From: Candidatus Omnitrophota bacterium
GTDB taxonomy: Bacteria > Omnitrophota > Gorgyraeia > JAFGIU01
DNA length: 64,000 nucleotides
NCBI GenBank assembly: GCA_016929445.1
Contig: JAFGIU010000041.1
Coordinates: 1,929-65,928 of the forward strand
Reading direction: 5' to 3'
Shown here: positions 28,139-37,186 of the stretch, piece by piece
How the letters are laid out: each line of letters begins with the position of its first letter
Position numbering within the stretch: the stretch's first letter is position 1
Notes under the pieces: model-generated
Told to the model about the DNA's origin: nothing
Database searches by the model: none
Seen by the model: only the letters and a program-made list of their open reading frames with translations
Translations under genes and position numbers: made by a program

Positions 28139-29199
28139 CGAAGCAGCGTTCTTCTGATGTGCCGGCCCATCCTCTCAAGCAAGGGCCTGGGCATGTTTTG
28201 AAAGAAGGCTGCCCCGATGCGCAACTGCGGGTGTTCCTGAGAAAGCGGGGGAATGGCCCGGATCTCATCGCGGATCAGATCCCATCCCAAATCCCATCTT
28301 AAACTTTCCTCCACACCCCATTTCTCTTTGAAGCGGCGCTGCCCGCTGTATTTCATAGGACCGAAATCCACGGCATCCAAGCCCATTTGGTGGGCCAGCT
28401 CAATGGCTTGCCAGTGGGCCAGATCATTGCATCGGTACTCCAGCCCTTCCTTTTTGGAGAGGGTGAAAAGAAGCTCCATCTGGTTTGCGGTGTATCCGGC
28501 CAGGAGCAGGGCGAGAACCGTGTCCTTATGGAATACTTGGATAAGAAGCAGATGGGTCTGGTCCAAGCTGAACCAAGTTTCGAAATAGGGTCTGGGATGA
28601 GGCGGAGTGCCGAAGCGTTTCATTCCTCCCAGATAGAAGGAGTAGAAAAGATCTGTGTTGGCCCTTGTGGGAGGAGCGGTGCGAACGTGCAAGCCGGAAC
28701 GTTCGGCCTTATTGAGGGCCTTCTTCAAAGAATAATGAAGCTCGGACTGGATCTCGACCAACTCTCTCAGGGGAAGTCTTGCATAAGGATAGGCTGCCGC
28801 CAGGGGCATGCTGTTCTCCAAGCCTTCGATTAAAGGCATCCCGATGAAACGAACGGATTTGAGTTCCAGTTTGCGCATTTCTTCAAGCAGGCAATGGCGC
28901 GCCCACATATCCCACCGGCGTGAGGATCCTGCGCTGCCGACGGGGAGCAGCAAACCGGGACGGGCGCAAAACGGAAGCCCTACAGCTTTAGCCTTTTGGG
29001 GATGGCGAACGATGGCCAGCTGGCACTCTTCTCCGGTACTGCAGCAGGTGCTCAAATAATGAGTGGCCAAACCATAAGTGTCTTCGAGCACATGGGCCAT
29101 GATGGGTTGGTGGAAGACAGATCCATCAGGATGAGTGAGAGCCGCACTCTGGACCCGCGTATTGGCAATGGAGTACTTTGGTCCGGGTCTCTTGAACAT
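28135..29199 (-). CDS. FemAB-family / GNAT-fold acyl(aminoacyl)transferase
   Basis: Preferred start ATG 29199 (MFKRPGPKY), giving ~354 aa. Overall pattern resembles FemAB-like (exopolysaccharide-locus type) proteins. Weak motif-level support only. Confidence 0.5.
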   Translation of the reverse strand: MFKRPGPKYSIANTRVQSAALTHPDGSVFHQPIMAHVLEDTYGLATHYLSTCCSTGEECQLAIVRHPQKAKAVGLPFCARPGLLLPVGSAGSSRRWDMWARHCLLEEMRKLELKSVRFIGMPLIEGLENSMPLAAAYPYARLPLRELVEIQSELHYSLKKALNKAERSGLHVRTAPPTRANTDLFYSFYLGGMKRFGTPPHPRPYFETWFSLDQTHLLLIQVFHKDTVLALLLAGYTANQMELLFTLSKKEGLEYRCNDLAHWQAIELAHQMGLDAVDFGPMKYSGQRRFKEKWGVEESLRWDLGWDLIRDEIRAIPPLSQEHPQLRIGAAFFQNMPRPLLERMGRHIRRTLLR

Positions 29200-29227
29200 G
29201 GACCGTATTTTAGCATAGGATAAGCCT

Positions 29228-30478
29228 ATGAAATCCCGGACGAAAACAATTGTAGCAGTAGTAGTTGTGTTCCTTTTTGCCTGGGGTATCCGCTCTGTCT
29301 TCAATATTCTATTCCCGGCAAAGGGTGCGCTGGATACCCCCTGGTACACAGAGGGGGCGCAGATTCTGCTGCAGCCCGGCGGATTTATGCGGCTTGTGGA
29401 TATGGGATATGGGTATTATCTGGGACGGATGACCCATATTGGCTTTATCGCGGTATGTCAGCTGCTGTTCGGATTGCCGGCAACGGTACCGATGGTTCAG
29501 ATTCAGGCTTTCTTGAGCGCGGTCACCGTGCTCATCCTCTATTTCTCGGCCAGGCGCTTCGCTTCGAAAGAATCCGCTTTGGGCGCGATGATTCTCGCTG
29601 CGGCGCACATGCCCTTTGCGTTTTGGGCAGGGTACATCTTATCTGAGACAGTGTTCCTCCTATTTGTGGCGATTTGGGCCTTCTTTGCTATCCGGCTGGC
29701 CCAGGAGTGGAAGTGGACGAATCTTGCGGGCTTTCTCGGCTTTGCCCTGGTGTGTGTTTTTACCCGGCCCAATGCCTTGGGATATGCGGTCTTAGCCGCA
29801 GTATGGGTGCTTTGGGTCTGGGTGAGGAACTCTATTCAGAGAGGCTCCCGGGCTCATACCTGGCTGAAGCTCACCGTTGTCGCACTGAGCCTTTGTTATT
29901 TTTGGACCGTCTGGTTTACCTTCGAAAATATTAATCGCCCGGAAGAAGAACGCTGGAGCGGTTTCAGCTATATCATGAAGGATTACAATTCGAGGAATGA
30001 GAATTTCAAAGAGTGGTCCAAGCCGGAATGGGGTTGGTTGGTTTATACGGAGTATCGCAACTATGTGGTCCACGACATGGACGACAATGCCGAAAAGCTG
30101 CGAGTGCAGTTGCGGAAGGCCTGGATGTATTGGAAACCCTGGCGGGAATGGTTTTCACTTAAGCATAACGTATATAACACGTTCTACATGGTCCTGGCCG
30201 GCGGGCTGGGTGTCTTGGGGCTGGTGTTTCTCTCGCGCAAGCGCCCTGCATTTAGAGACTTTGTTTTGCTTGTGTTTCTTTACCATACGAGTATCGCTGT
30301 TGTAGACAGTCCGGGAGCAGACGGGCGCTACCGTTTGCCTTGTGAGTATTTGTTGCTTTTGGTGTCCGCCGGGGGTCTTGAGTGGTTGCGTTACTTTTGG
30401 AACAGTAAAGCAAAAGAGGGTACAACAAGGCGGGATAAAGGGAGTCTGCAAGATGAGGCGGGTATGCGCAGCGGATAG
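29228..30478 (+). CDS. GT-C fold membrane glycosyltransferase (ArnT/PMT-like, GT39/GT83-type)
   Basis: ~11 TM segments. The first extracytoplasmic loop has LDTPWYTEGAQILLQ, resembling the ArnT/PMT D-E-x-R-Y-A-E-I-A motif. Divergently adjacent to the GT2/flippase operon. Confidence 0.55.
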   Translation: MKSRTKTIVAVVVVFLFAWGIRSVFNILFPAKGALDTPWYTEGAQILLQPGGFMRLVDMGYGYYLGRMTHIGFIAVCQLLFGLPATVPMVQIQAFLSAVTVLILYFSARRFASKESALGAMILAAAHMPFAFWAGYILSETVFLLFVAIWAFFAIRLAQEWKWTNLAGFLGFALVCVFTRPNALGYAVLAAVWVLWVWVRNSIQRGSRAHTWLKLTVVALSLCYFWTVWFTFENINRPEEERWSGFSYIMKDYNSRNENFKEWSKPEWGWLVYTEYRNYVVHDMDDNAEKLRVQLRKAWMYWKPWREWFSLKHNVYNTFYMVLAGGLGVLGLVFLSRKRPAFRDFVLLVFLYHTSIAVVDSPGADGRYRLPCEYLLLLVSAGGLEWLRYFWNSKAKEGTTRRDKGSLQDEAGMRSG

Positions 30479-31074
30479 TAGACCCCGAGACTTTCCTTTG
30501 CGGCCAATCCGGCCTGATTTCCGAGAGCTAGAATTTCTTCAAACCGGTATTGACGGGGCCGCATGCCATTGGCTGCGGCGGGTCTCTTCATTAACTGGAC
30601 TCCGCGGCGGATCCAGCTCTGTGCATTAAGACAGGCCACAAAGAAGGTGCCGCCTGGCCGTAGCACTCGTCGGGCTTCGGCAAAAAGAGTCTGAGGCTGC
30701 TCCAAGAGTCCGATGACTCCGTGACATAACACGAGATCAAATGTTTGAGAGTCAAAAGGAAGGCTTCCAGCAGATCCCAAGGCCACCCTCAGGCCCTTTT
30801 GCACAGCGAGCTTGGCCATTTCCGGGCTGATGTCGATTCCATAAACGATATTGTTTTCAAGCAGGGGCCGGACAAAAAGCCCAGAGCCGCAACCGATCTC
30901 CAAAACGGCTTGCTTGCGGACTTTTCCAATAAGTCTGAACCATTGTTGGCAGGCAACATAGCTTCCCGCATCACGATAGTCGTTGGCCTCAGGCGTGTCG
31001 CCCAAGCGGTTTGCCTGCGAGTCGTAATGAGTTTTCCACGAGGCACTTGGAGATTTAACTGATGTTGGCATCAT
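30391..31074 (-). CDS. Class I SAM-dependent methyltransferase
   Basis: Motif I VLEIGCGSGLF, LRPGGTFFV. Its 3' end overlaps the GT-C gene convergently by 88 nt. Confidence 0.7.
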   Translation of the reverse strand: MMPTSVKSPSASWKTHYDSQANRLGDTPEANDYRDAGSYVACQQWFRLIGKVRKQAVLEIGCGSGLFVRPLLENNIVYGIDISPEMAKLAVQKGLRVALGSAGSLPFDSQTFDLVLCHGVIGLLEQPQTLFAEARRVLRPGGTFFVACLNAQSWIRRGVQLMKRPAAANGMRPRQYRFEEILALGNQAGLAAKESLGVYYPLRIPASSCRLPLSRLVVPSFALLFQK

Positions 31075-31144
31075 TGGTTAGCTTCCTGGACAATGAACAT
31101 TCCCCATTGTACAGTAAACATATTCTGCAAGGGAGGGACTGTTT

Positions 31145-31759
31145 TTGGGCCGGATGGAAATACTCTTTCGATTTCCCGGGTTATACCGGTTCAAACGCGC
31201 AATGACGCGTTTGTTTGCGGTTCGGAGCGGATGGGATCCCAGAGCTTACCTGGAGCAGGGACTGGTCCTGGATCTGGGATGCGGGCCGGATGAGTCAGAC
31301 ACGGATCTCTCTGGCATCAAACGGGTTGGGATTGATGTTTCCGTTCCCTTCCTCCGCGCGGCCAAGTGTTCCAGTCCTTCCGGATATTTTGTGAGGGCCA
31401 GCGCCGAGAAACTTCCCTTTGTGGACGGCGCGTTTCAGGCGACTTTTGTAAGCTGTGTTCTGCATCATATTCCGGTGGACACCCGCTTGATCATAGAAGA
31501 AATCCGCCGGGTGACGCGAGAGCATCTTGTGCTGGTGGAACCTCTGCAGTCTGAGAGAGGGTTTCCCAGATGGGTCAAGACCCTCTGGTGGCGCATGACG
31601 GACGGAGGGTGTGCGTATCTGCCTGAATCCGAGTGGAATGAGTTGTTGGCGGGTTGGGACCAGGTGCAGCGCATCGAAGAAGGCAGGCTGTTTAAGAACA
31701 CCTTCAGGTTTATTGGATCACGAACGAAAGACCCGGCATTCGAAGGGAGCGCACAATGA
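31145..31759 (+). CDS. Class I SAM-dependent methyltransferase
   Basis: Motif I VLDLGCGPD, followed by an acidic motif. Confidence 0.7.
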   Translation: MGRMEILFRFPGLYRFKRAMTRLFAVRSGWDPRAYLEQGLVLDLGCGPDESDTDLSGIKRVGIDVSVPFLRAAKCSSPSGYFVRASAEKLPFVDGAFQATFVSCVLHHIPVDTRLIIEEIRRVTREHLVLVEPLQSERGFPRWVKTLWWRMTDGGCAYLPESEWNELLAGWDQVQRIEEGRLFKNTFRFIGSRTKDPAFEGSAQ

Positions 31760-32964
31760 AGATTATGATTGCAGGAGTGGACGGATACTTGGGGTGGGCC
31801 TTGGCGCAGCATTTGACCATGCGCGGACATGAGGTGAGCGGTTTTGATACTTATGCAAGACGGGATTGGGTCGCGGAAGTGGGTTCGCAATCGGCCACTC
31901 CGATTGTGCGCATGACCGAACGCTTGGCTGCGTTCAGGCGGGAGTACGGAGTCAATCTTCAGTTCCGGCGTCTCGATATTATGGATTACAATGCGCTCGC
32001 TTTGTTTCTGCGATCCGTGCAACCCGATGCGATCGTGCACCTGGCGGAGATGCCTTCGGCGCCTTATAGCATGATGGATGCGCACCACGCGGTTTACACC
32101 CAGTCGAACAATGTCTTGGGCACTCTGAATCTGCTCTTCGCCATCCACGAACATTGTCCAAATGCCCATCTTGTCAAACTGGGGACCATGGGAGAGTACG
32201 GAACGCCGAATATTGATATCCCTGAGGGCTTTTTTGAAATTGAGTACCGCGGCCGCAAGGCCACGTTGCCTTTCCCGCGCCAGGCCGGCAGCTGGTATCA
32301 CCAGAGCAAGGTGCACGACTCGCACAATGTCGCCTTTGCGTGCAAGATCTGGGGCCTGCGTTCCACGGATATCATGCAGGGTGTGGTTTTCGGCACGCGC
32401 ATTGAGAATCAGCCCGAAGACGAGAGGCTTCTCACCCGGTTTGATTTTGACCAGAGCTTTGGCACCGCGATTAACCGGTACTGCGCGCAAGCCGTTATCG
32501 GGGAGCCCCTGTCGGTTTTTGGCGCCGGGGGCCAGAGCCGTGGATTTTTGCCGCTCAAGGATTCCATGCAGTGCATCAGCTGCATTATTGAGAATCCCGC
32601 GCAGAAAGGCGAATACCGCGTCCTCAATCAGTTCGACAAGGTGTTTGATGTGACCGAGCTTGCTGAAAAAGTGCAGCAGATCGGAAAGTGCGTGGGCCTG
32701 AAGGTGGAAGTCAATCATATCGAGAACCCTCGTATGGAAGCGGAGTCGCATTACTACAATCCGGACCGGGAAGGTTTGCTTCGGCTCGGGTATAAGCCAA
32801 CCGAAGATATTGACTCTGAGATAGAGAACATGTTAGAAGATTTAATGCAGTATCGTGAACGTATCGAGGCCAGAGCAGAGGCTTTGATTCCCGATATCCG
32901 CTGGGACGGTACGATACGCAAGTCCGAGGTGATTCAACCCAAGACGGTGACTAGCGCAAAGTGA
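31756..32964 (+). CDS. sqdB: UDP-sulfoquinovose synthase
   Basis: Near-identity at hallmark SQD1/SqdB positions. GVDGYLGW (GxDGYxGW Rossmann). HLAEMPSAPYSMMDAHHAVYTQSNNVLGTLN. LVKLGTMGEYGTPNIDIPEG. YHQSKVHDSHN catalytic Y-x3-K block, identical to plant SQD1 YHLSKVHDSHN. ~400 aa, including the SQD1-specific insertion. Confidence 0.9.
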   Translation: MKIMIAGVDGYLGWALAQHLTMRGHEVSGFDTYARRDWVAEVGSQSATPIVRMTERLAAFRREYGVNLQFRRLDIMDYNALALFLRSVQPDAIVHLAEMPSAPYSMMDAHHAVYTQSNNVLGTLNLLFAIHEHCPNAHLVKLGTMGEYGTPNIDIPEGFFEIEYRGRKATLPFPRQAGSWYHQSKVHDSHNVAFACKIWGLRSTDIMQGVVFGTRIENQPEDERLLTRFDFDQSFGTAINRYCAQAVIGEPLSVFGAGGQSRGFLPLKDSMQCISCIIENPAQKGEYRVLNQFDKVFDVTELAEKVQQIGKCVGLKVEVNHIENPRMEAESHYYNPDREGLLRLGYKPTEDIDSEIENMLEDLMQYRERIEARAEALIPDIRWDGTIRKSEVIQPKTVTSAK

Positions 32965-33875
32965 AAGTCTTAATTACCGGTGGATGCGGATTCATCGGTT
33001 CCAATCTCATTGACTACCTGCTTCCCAGGGGATACGAGCTCTCTATCCTCGACAATCTCAGCTCCGCAAGCGACGAATACGCGCGCGCCCAAAATGTCCC
33101 TGTCCAAGCCGGCGATATCCTGGATGACAATGCACTGAGTCAGAGCCTGGCCAATGTGGAATCGGTCGTGCATTTGGCCGCGCTGACCAGTGTGCCCGAT
33201 TCTATGGCGGATCCGTTGAGTAATTTCCGTGTCAATGTGGAAGGGACGTGGAAGGTGCTGGAAGCCTGCCGCACAGCCGGGGTGACACGCTTTGTTTTTG
33301 CCAGTTCCAACGCGGCCGTGGGGGAGCAGGAACCCCCGATCCGGGAGGACATTTTGCCGGCGCCCAAATCGCCTTACGGCGCGAGCAAGCTCATGGGAGA
33401 GGCGCTGGTCAGGAGCTATGCCGAGGCCTACGGGATCCAGGCCCTTTCCCTGCGTTTTGCCAATGTGTTCGGGCCCCATGCGGAGACCAAGGGAGCGGTT
33501 GTCGCGGCTTTTCAACGCAGTATTAAGCAGGGTAAACAGCTCACTATCTACGGGGACGGGGAACAGACCCGCGATTTTGTGCACGCTGCAGATATTGCGC
33601 AGGCCATCGAATTGGGCTTACAGAAGGGCGGCCACGGGCAGGTGTATCAGATTGCCAGCGGGAAAGAGACCTCCATTTTGGAACTGGCCATGAAGATTCT
33701 GAACCTGCACGGCAAAAACTACAAAGAAGGGGTGTGTTTTGCAGAGGCCCGGCCGGGAGATATTCTGCGCAATTACTCGGATATCGGCAGGGCAAGCGCG
33801 GAATTAGGATATGAGCCCAAAGAAGACCTCTGGTCCTTCCTAGAAGAATCCAAGATGCAGCCGAGCGGCTTCTGA
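32961..33875 (+). CDS. NAD-dependent epimerase/dehydratase (UDP-glucose 4-epimerase-like SDR)
   Basis: GGCGFIGSNL Rossmann motif, YGASK catalytic motif. 304 aa. Its start overlaps the sqdB stop. Confidence 0.85.
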   Translation: MKVLITGGCGFIGSNLIDYLLPRGYELSILDNLSSASDEYARAQNVPVQAGDILDDNALSQSLANVESVVHLAALTSVPDSMADPLSNFRVNVEGTWKVLEACRTAGVTRFVFASSNAAVGEQEPPIREDILPAPKSPYGASKLMGEALVRSYAEAYGIQALSLRFANVFGPHAETKGAVVAAFQRSIKQGKQLTIYGDGEQTRDFVHAADIAQAIELGLQKGGHGQVYQIASGKETSILELAMKILNLHGKNYKEGVCFAEARPGDILRNYSDIGRASAELGYEPKEDLWSFLEESKMQPSGF

Positions 33876-34151
33876 CATCATATTTTTGTCCCAGGGCGGT
33901 TCCCATACAAGTTCAACACGAGCTACGGCCACTCCCTCCACTCTCTCTGCAGCGCGCTGGACCGCAGGCGGGATGCTCTGTGCTTCGGGACAGGCCGGGG
34001 AAGTGAGGGTCATCCTGATGTCGACCTCACCCTCATCGTTGATCTCCAATCCGTAGATCAGACCCAATTCATAAATATCAATCGGAATCTCGGGATCGTA
34101 AACAGTCTTTAAAGCTTGCACAATATGGTCTTTGAGTTGTTCCTTATCCAT
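33840..34151 (-). CDS. sufT: SUF system Fe-S assembly protein SufT (DUF59/MIP18 family)
   Basis: DPEIPIDIYELGLIY motif and conserved Cys (TLTSPACP). 103 aa. Confidence 0.8.
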   Translation of the reverse strand: MDKEQLKDHIVQALKTVYDPEIPIDIYELGLIYGLEINDEGEVDIRMTLTSPACPEAQSIPPAVQRAAERVEGVAVARVELVWEPPWDKNMMSEAARLHLGFF

Positions 34152-34173
34152 TAGACTATCTCTCTAAAGGTTC

Positions 34174-34617
34174 TCATTCGGTTGAAACCGGGTCTTCTTG
34201 ATTCTCGAGGGCTGCCCGCAGCGTGTGCCAGGCGAGAGTGGCGCATTTGACGCGGGACGGAAATTCCCGAACCCCTCCGAAGACTGCGAGTTTTCCCAGG
34301 TTCTCGCTGATCTCGGCATTGCCCGTAACCACGTTGTGAAATGTCTCAAAAAGTGTTGCAGCCTCCTCCACGGACTTGCCTTTGAGGAGTGTGGTCATTA
34401 AGGAAGAAGACGCAGTGGAGATGGCGCAGCCTGAGCCTTCGAACTTGATATCCTCGATTATCCCGTCCTTTACCAAGAGATAGACCGTGATCTTATCCCC
34501 GCACAGGGGGTTGTCTCCGTGTGCGCAGTGATTGGCCTTGTCTATCTTGCCGAAATTCCGGGGCTTCTTGTTGTGGTCCAGGATGACTTCCTGGTAGAGA
34601 TCGCGCAGACCGGACAT
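34174..34617 (-). CDS. sufU: SufU/NifU-like Fe-S cluster scaffold (SUF system)
   Basis: Conserved Cys triad (NPLCGD, GSGCAISTAS, VKCATLAW). 147 aa. Confidence 0.85.
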   Translation of the reverse strand: MSGLRDLYQEVILDHNKKPRNFGKIDKANHCAHGDNPLCGDKITVYLLVKDGIIEDIKFEGSGCAISTASSSLMTTLLKGKSVEEAATLFETFHNVVTGNAEISENLGKLAVFGGVREFPSRVKCATLAWHTLRAALENQEDPVSTE

Positions 34618-35840
34618 TAGGCAAAAACCTCGCTGACCTTCTGAATTCCCCGAACCAGGGCATCGATTTCTTGAACCGTGTTGTAGAGTCCGAAAGAGGC
34701 GCGGGCCGAGGCCGGAATGCCGTAATGATCCATTACGGGTTGAGTGCAGTGGTGCCCGCTTCGAATGGCAATCCCTTCCTGGTCGAGAATCGTCCCCACA
34801 TCATGGGCGTGGGCCCCCTCAATGACAAAGGAAAGGACGCCGGCTTTTTGTTCGGCCGTCCCGATCAAACGCACACCCTTTAAAGCACTGATACGGGCCG
34901 TGGCATGCTGAAGGAGCTCGGATTCATGTGCGGCAATGGCTTCCAGACCCAGGCTCTTCAGATAATCAACGGCTGCGCCCAGACCGATACTGCCCGCAAT
35001 ATTCGGTGTTCCGGCCTCGAACTTGTAGGGCAGATCGTTGTATGTGGTTTTTTCAAAAGACACCGAGCGGATCATGTCTCCTCCGCCTTGGTAGGGCGGG
35101 AGTCTATCCAGCCATTCGGTCTTGGCATAGAGCACGCCGATTCCCGTGGGGCCGTAAAGTTTGTGTCCGGAAAGCACAAAAAAGTCACAGTCGAGTTCCC
35201 GGACGTTGACCCTAAAATGGGGAGCGGATTGCGCACCGTCAATCAGCACGGGGATGCCGCGGGCATGGGCTCGTTGAATAATTTCTTCAATAGGATTAAT
35301 GGTGCCCAGGGAATTAGATAGGTGCACCACAGAAACCAGCTTGGTCTTCTCGTTCAAGGCCTTATCGAACTCATCCAAGAGGAGTGTACCGCTTTGGTCA
35401 AAGGGGACTATCCGCAGCTTGACGCCGGTCTCATCGCGCAAAATCTGCCAGGGCACGATGTTGGAGTGGTGTTCCATTTCGGTGATGAGTATTTCATCCC
35501 CGGGGCGGAGTAAGGAGCGGCCCAGGCTGTGGGCCACAAGGTTGATGGCCTCTGTGGCGCCGCGCACAAACACGATTTCATGCGCGTGTTGTGCGCCGAG
35601 AAAGTCTTGAACTTTCTGCCGCGAAGTCTCGTAGGAGGCTGTGGCACGCTCGCTCAAAGTGTGTACGCCGCGATGAATATTGGCGTTGTCTTGGGTGTAG
35701 TAGTTCTCCAGGGCATCAAGGACCTGACGGGGCTTTTGGGTGGTGGCGGCGTTGTCCAGGTACACGAGCGGGTGGCCGTGCACTTGTTGGTGCAATATGG
35801 GGAAGTCCCGGCGGATTTGTGCAATATTCAAGGCGTTCAT
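34617..35840 (-). CDS. sufS: Cysteine desulfurase SufS (class V aminotransferase, group II)
   Basis: PLP-lysine region SGHKLYGPTGIGVLY. Active-site loop RSGHHC. 407 aa. Confidence 0.9.
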   Translation of the reverse strand: MNALNIAQIRRDFPILHQQVHGHPLVYLDNAATTQKPRQVLDALENYYTQDNANIHRGVHTLSERATASYETSRQKVQDFLGAQHAHEIVFVRGATEAINLVAHSLGRSLLRPGDEILITEMEHHSNIVPWQILRDETGVKLRIVPFDQSGTLLLDEFDKALNEKTKLVSVVHLSNSLGTINPIEEIIQRAHARGIPVLIDGAQSAPHFRVNVRELDCDFFVLSGHKLYGPTGIGVLYAKTEWLDRLPPYQGGGDMIRSVSFEKTTYNDLPYKFEAGTPNIAGSIGLGAAVDYLKSLGLEAIAAHESELLQHATARISALKGVRLIGTAEQKAGVLSFVIEGAHAHDVGTILDQEGIAIRSGHHCTQPVMDHYGIPASARASFGLYNTVQEIDALVRGIQKVSEVFA

Positions 35841-37186
35841 CCGACGCTTTCAAAAATACGGGCACTGGGCATGCAGCGGGGCAGTGTCTTCCAGTGCAGG
35901 TGATCGGCCAGCAGCGGGATCTGGACCCGCTCCAGCAACTCAGAAGCAAACGCGAGAGTCAGAATATGGCGTGCAGCGTTCGCTCCCACTCCGCGAGAGC
36001 GCAGATAAAACAGCGCGTCTTCATCCAATTGGCCCACTGTGGCGCCGTGCGAACACTTCACATCATTCGCGTAAATCTCCAGCTCCGGCTTGGTATCGAT
36101 CTGCGCGTCCTCCGAGAGCAGCAGGTTGCGGTTTTCCTGGCGTGCATCCGTTCCCTGGGAATCAGGTCTTACCATGACCTTGCCGTTAAAAACAGCGCGC
36201 GACTTGCCGTTCAAAATGCCTTTGTAAAATTCGTGGCTGGTGCACCGCGGACTGATATGGTCTATGAGCGTGTGGTTGTCTAAATGTTGTGTGCCACGCG
36301 AGCTATACAGACCGTATAAAGAACATTTGGCGCCCTCTTCCGTTAATCGCACGTTTAGATCTGTGCGGGCGAGAGCGGATCCTGTACAAAAATTATGAGA
36401 TACGTAGTTTGAGTTCGAGGCTTGCTTCACCTCAATAAGGTTTGTGTGATAGGCGGTAACGCTCTCTTCTTGCAGGAGGTAGTGCTCAATTGAGGAATTG
36501 TCGTCCAAGACGAGCTCGCACACACAATTGGCCCAATAGTGTGAATCCAAACCATCCACATGATATTGGATGAGCGAGGCCTCGGAGCCCGGGCTGGCTA
36601 CCACCAGGACGCGCGGAAAGGTGACGAGCATATCTTTTTTACCGCCGGAAGCAAAAACGATTTGGATGGGTTCGTGCACAATGGTGCCGGGTGCGATGTG
36701 GACAAAGGCGCCATCCGTCCAAAAGGCGGTGTTGAGCGCAACCAGGGCATTTCCTTGGCAAGGCGCGACGTGCGTCATGTAATTATCCACAGCGACCGGG
36801 CTGTTTTTGAAGGCAATGGAAAGAGGGCAGACTGTTACACCAGGCGGTAGTTCGTTCAGCCGGGACTGTGCCGCGTTGAAGACTCCGTTGATAAAGACCA
36901 GACGGTGGCCCGGGAGTTCCGCTGCTGTCTTGTCCTGCAGATCGCTTAGGTCAAAGCCCTCTTGGTCTAAGGTTGCCGCGGGGATAAAGGGGGTGTGTGC
37001 CAGTGCGGCGAGGTTGGTATATTTCCAATTCTCCTCCCGGATCGTGGGGAAGCCCAGTCCGGCAAAATGCTCAATAGCCGCCTTACGCAGCGGACGGGCC
37101 CAATCCGGCGAGATTTCCATGAGATGGGATTCCATCTGTGCAAAGTGCTCGGTGTAGCGATCCTGTGCGTCGAGTTTATTGATCAT
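35837..37186 (-). CDS. sufD: Fe-S cluster assembly protein SufD
   Basis: C-terminal SufB/D beta-helix motifs (CSHGATVGQLDEDALFYLRSRG). 449 aa, between sufC and sufS. Confidence 0.85.
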   Translation of the reverse strand: MINKLDAQDRYTEHFAQMESHLMEISPDWARPLRKAAIEHFAGLGFPTIREENWKYTNLAALAHTPFIPAATLDQEGFDLSDLQDKTAAELPGHRLVFINGVFNAAQSRLNELPPGVTVCPLSIAFKNSPVAVDNYMTHVAPCQGNALVALNTAFWTDGAFVHIAPGTIVHEPIQIVFASGGKKDMLVTFPRVLVVASPGSEASLIQYHVDGLDSHYWANCVCELVLDDNSSIEHYLLQEESVTAYHTNLIEVKQASNSNYVSHNFCTGSALARTDLNVRLTEEGAKCSLYGLYSSRGTQHLDNHTLIDHISPRCTSHEFYKGILNGKSRAVFNGKVMVRPDSQGTDARQENRNLLLSEDAQIDTKPELEIYANDVKCSHGATVGQLDEDALFYLRSRGVGANAARHILTLAFASELLERVQIPLLADHLHWKTLPRCMPSARIFESVG

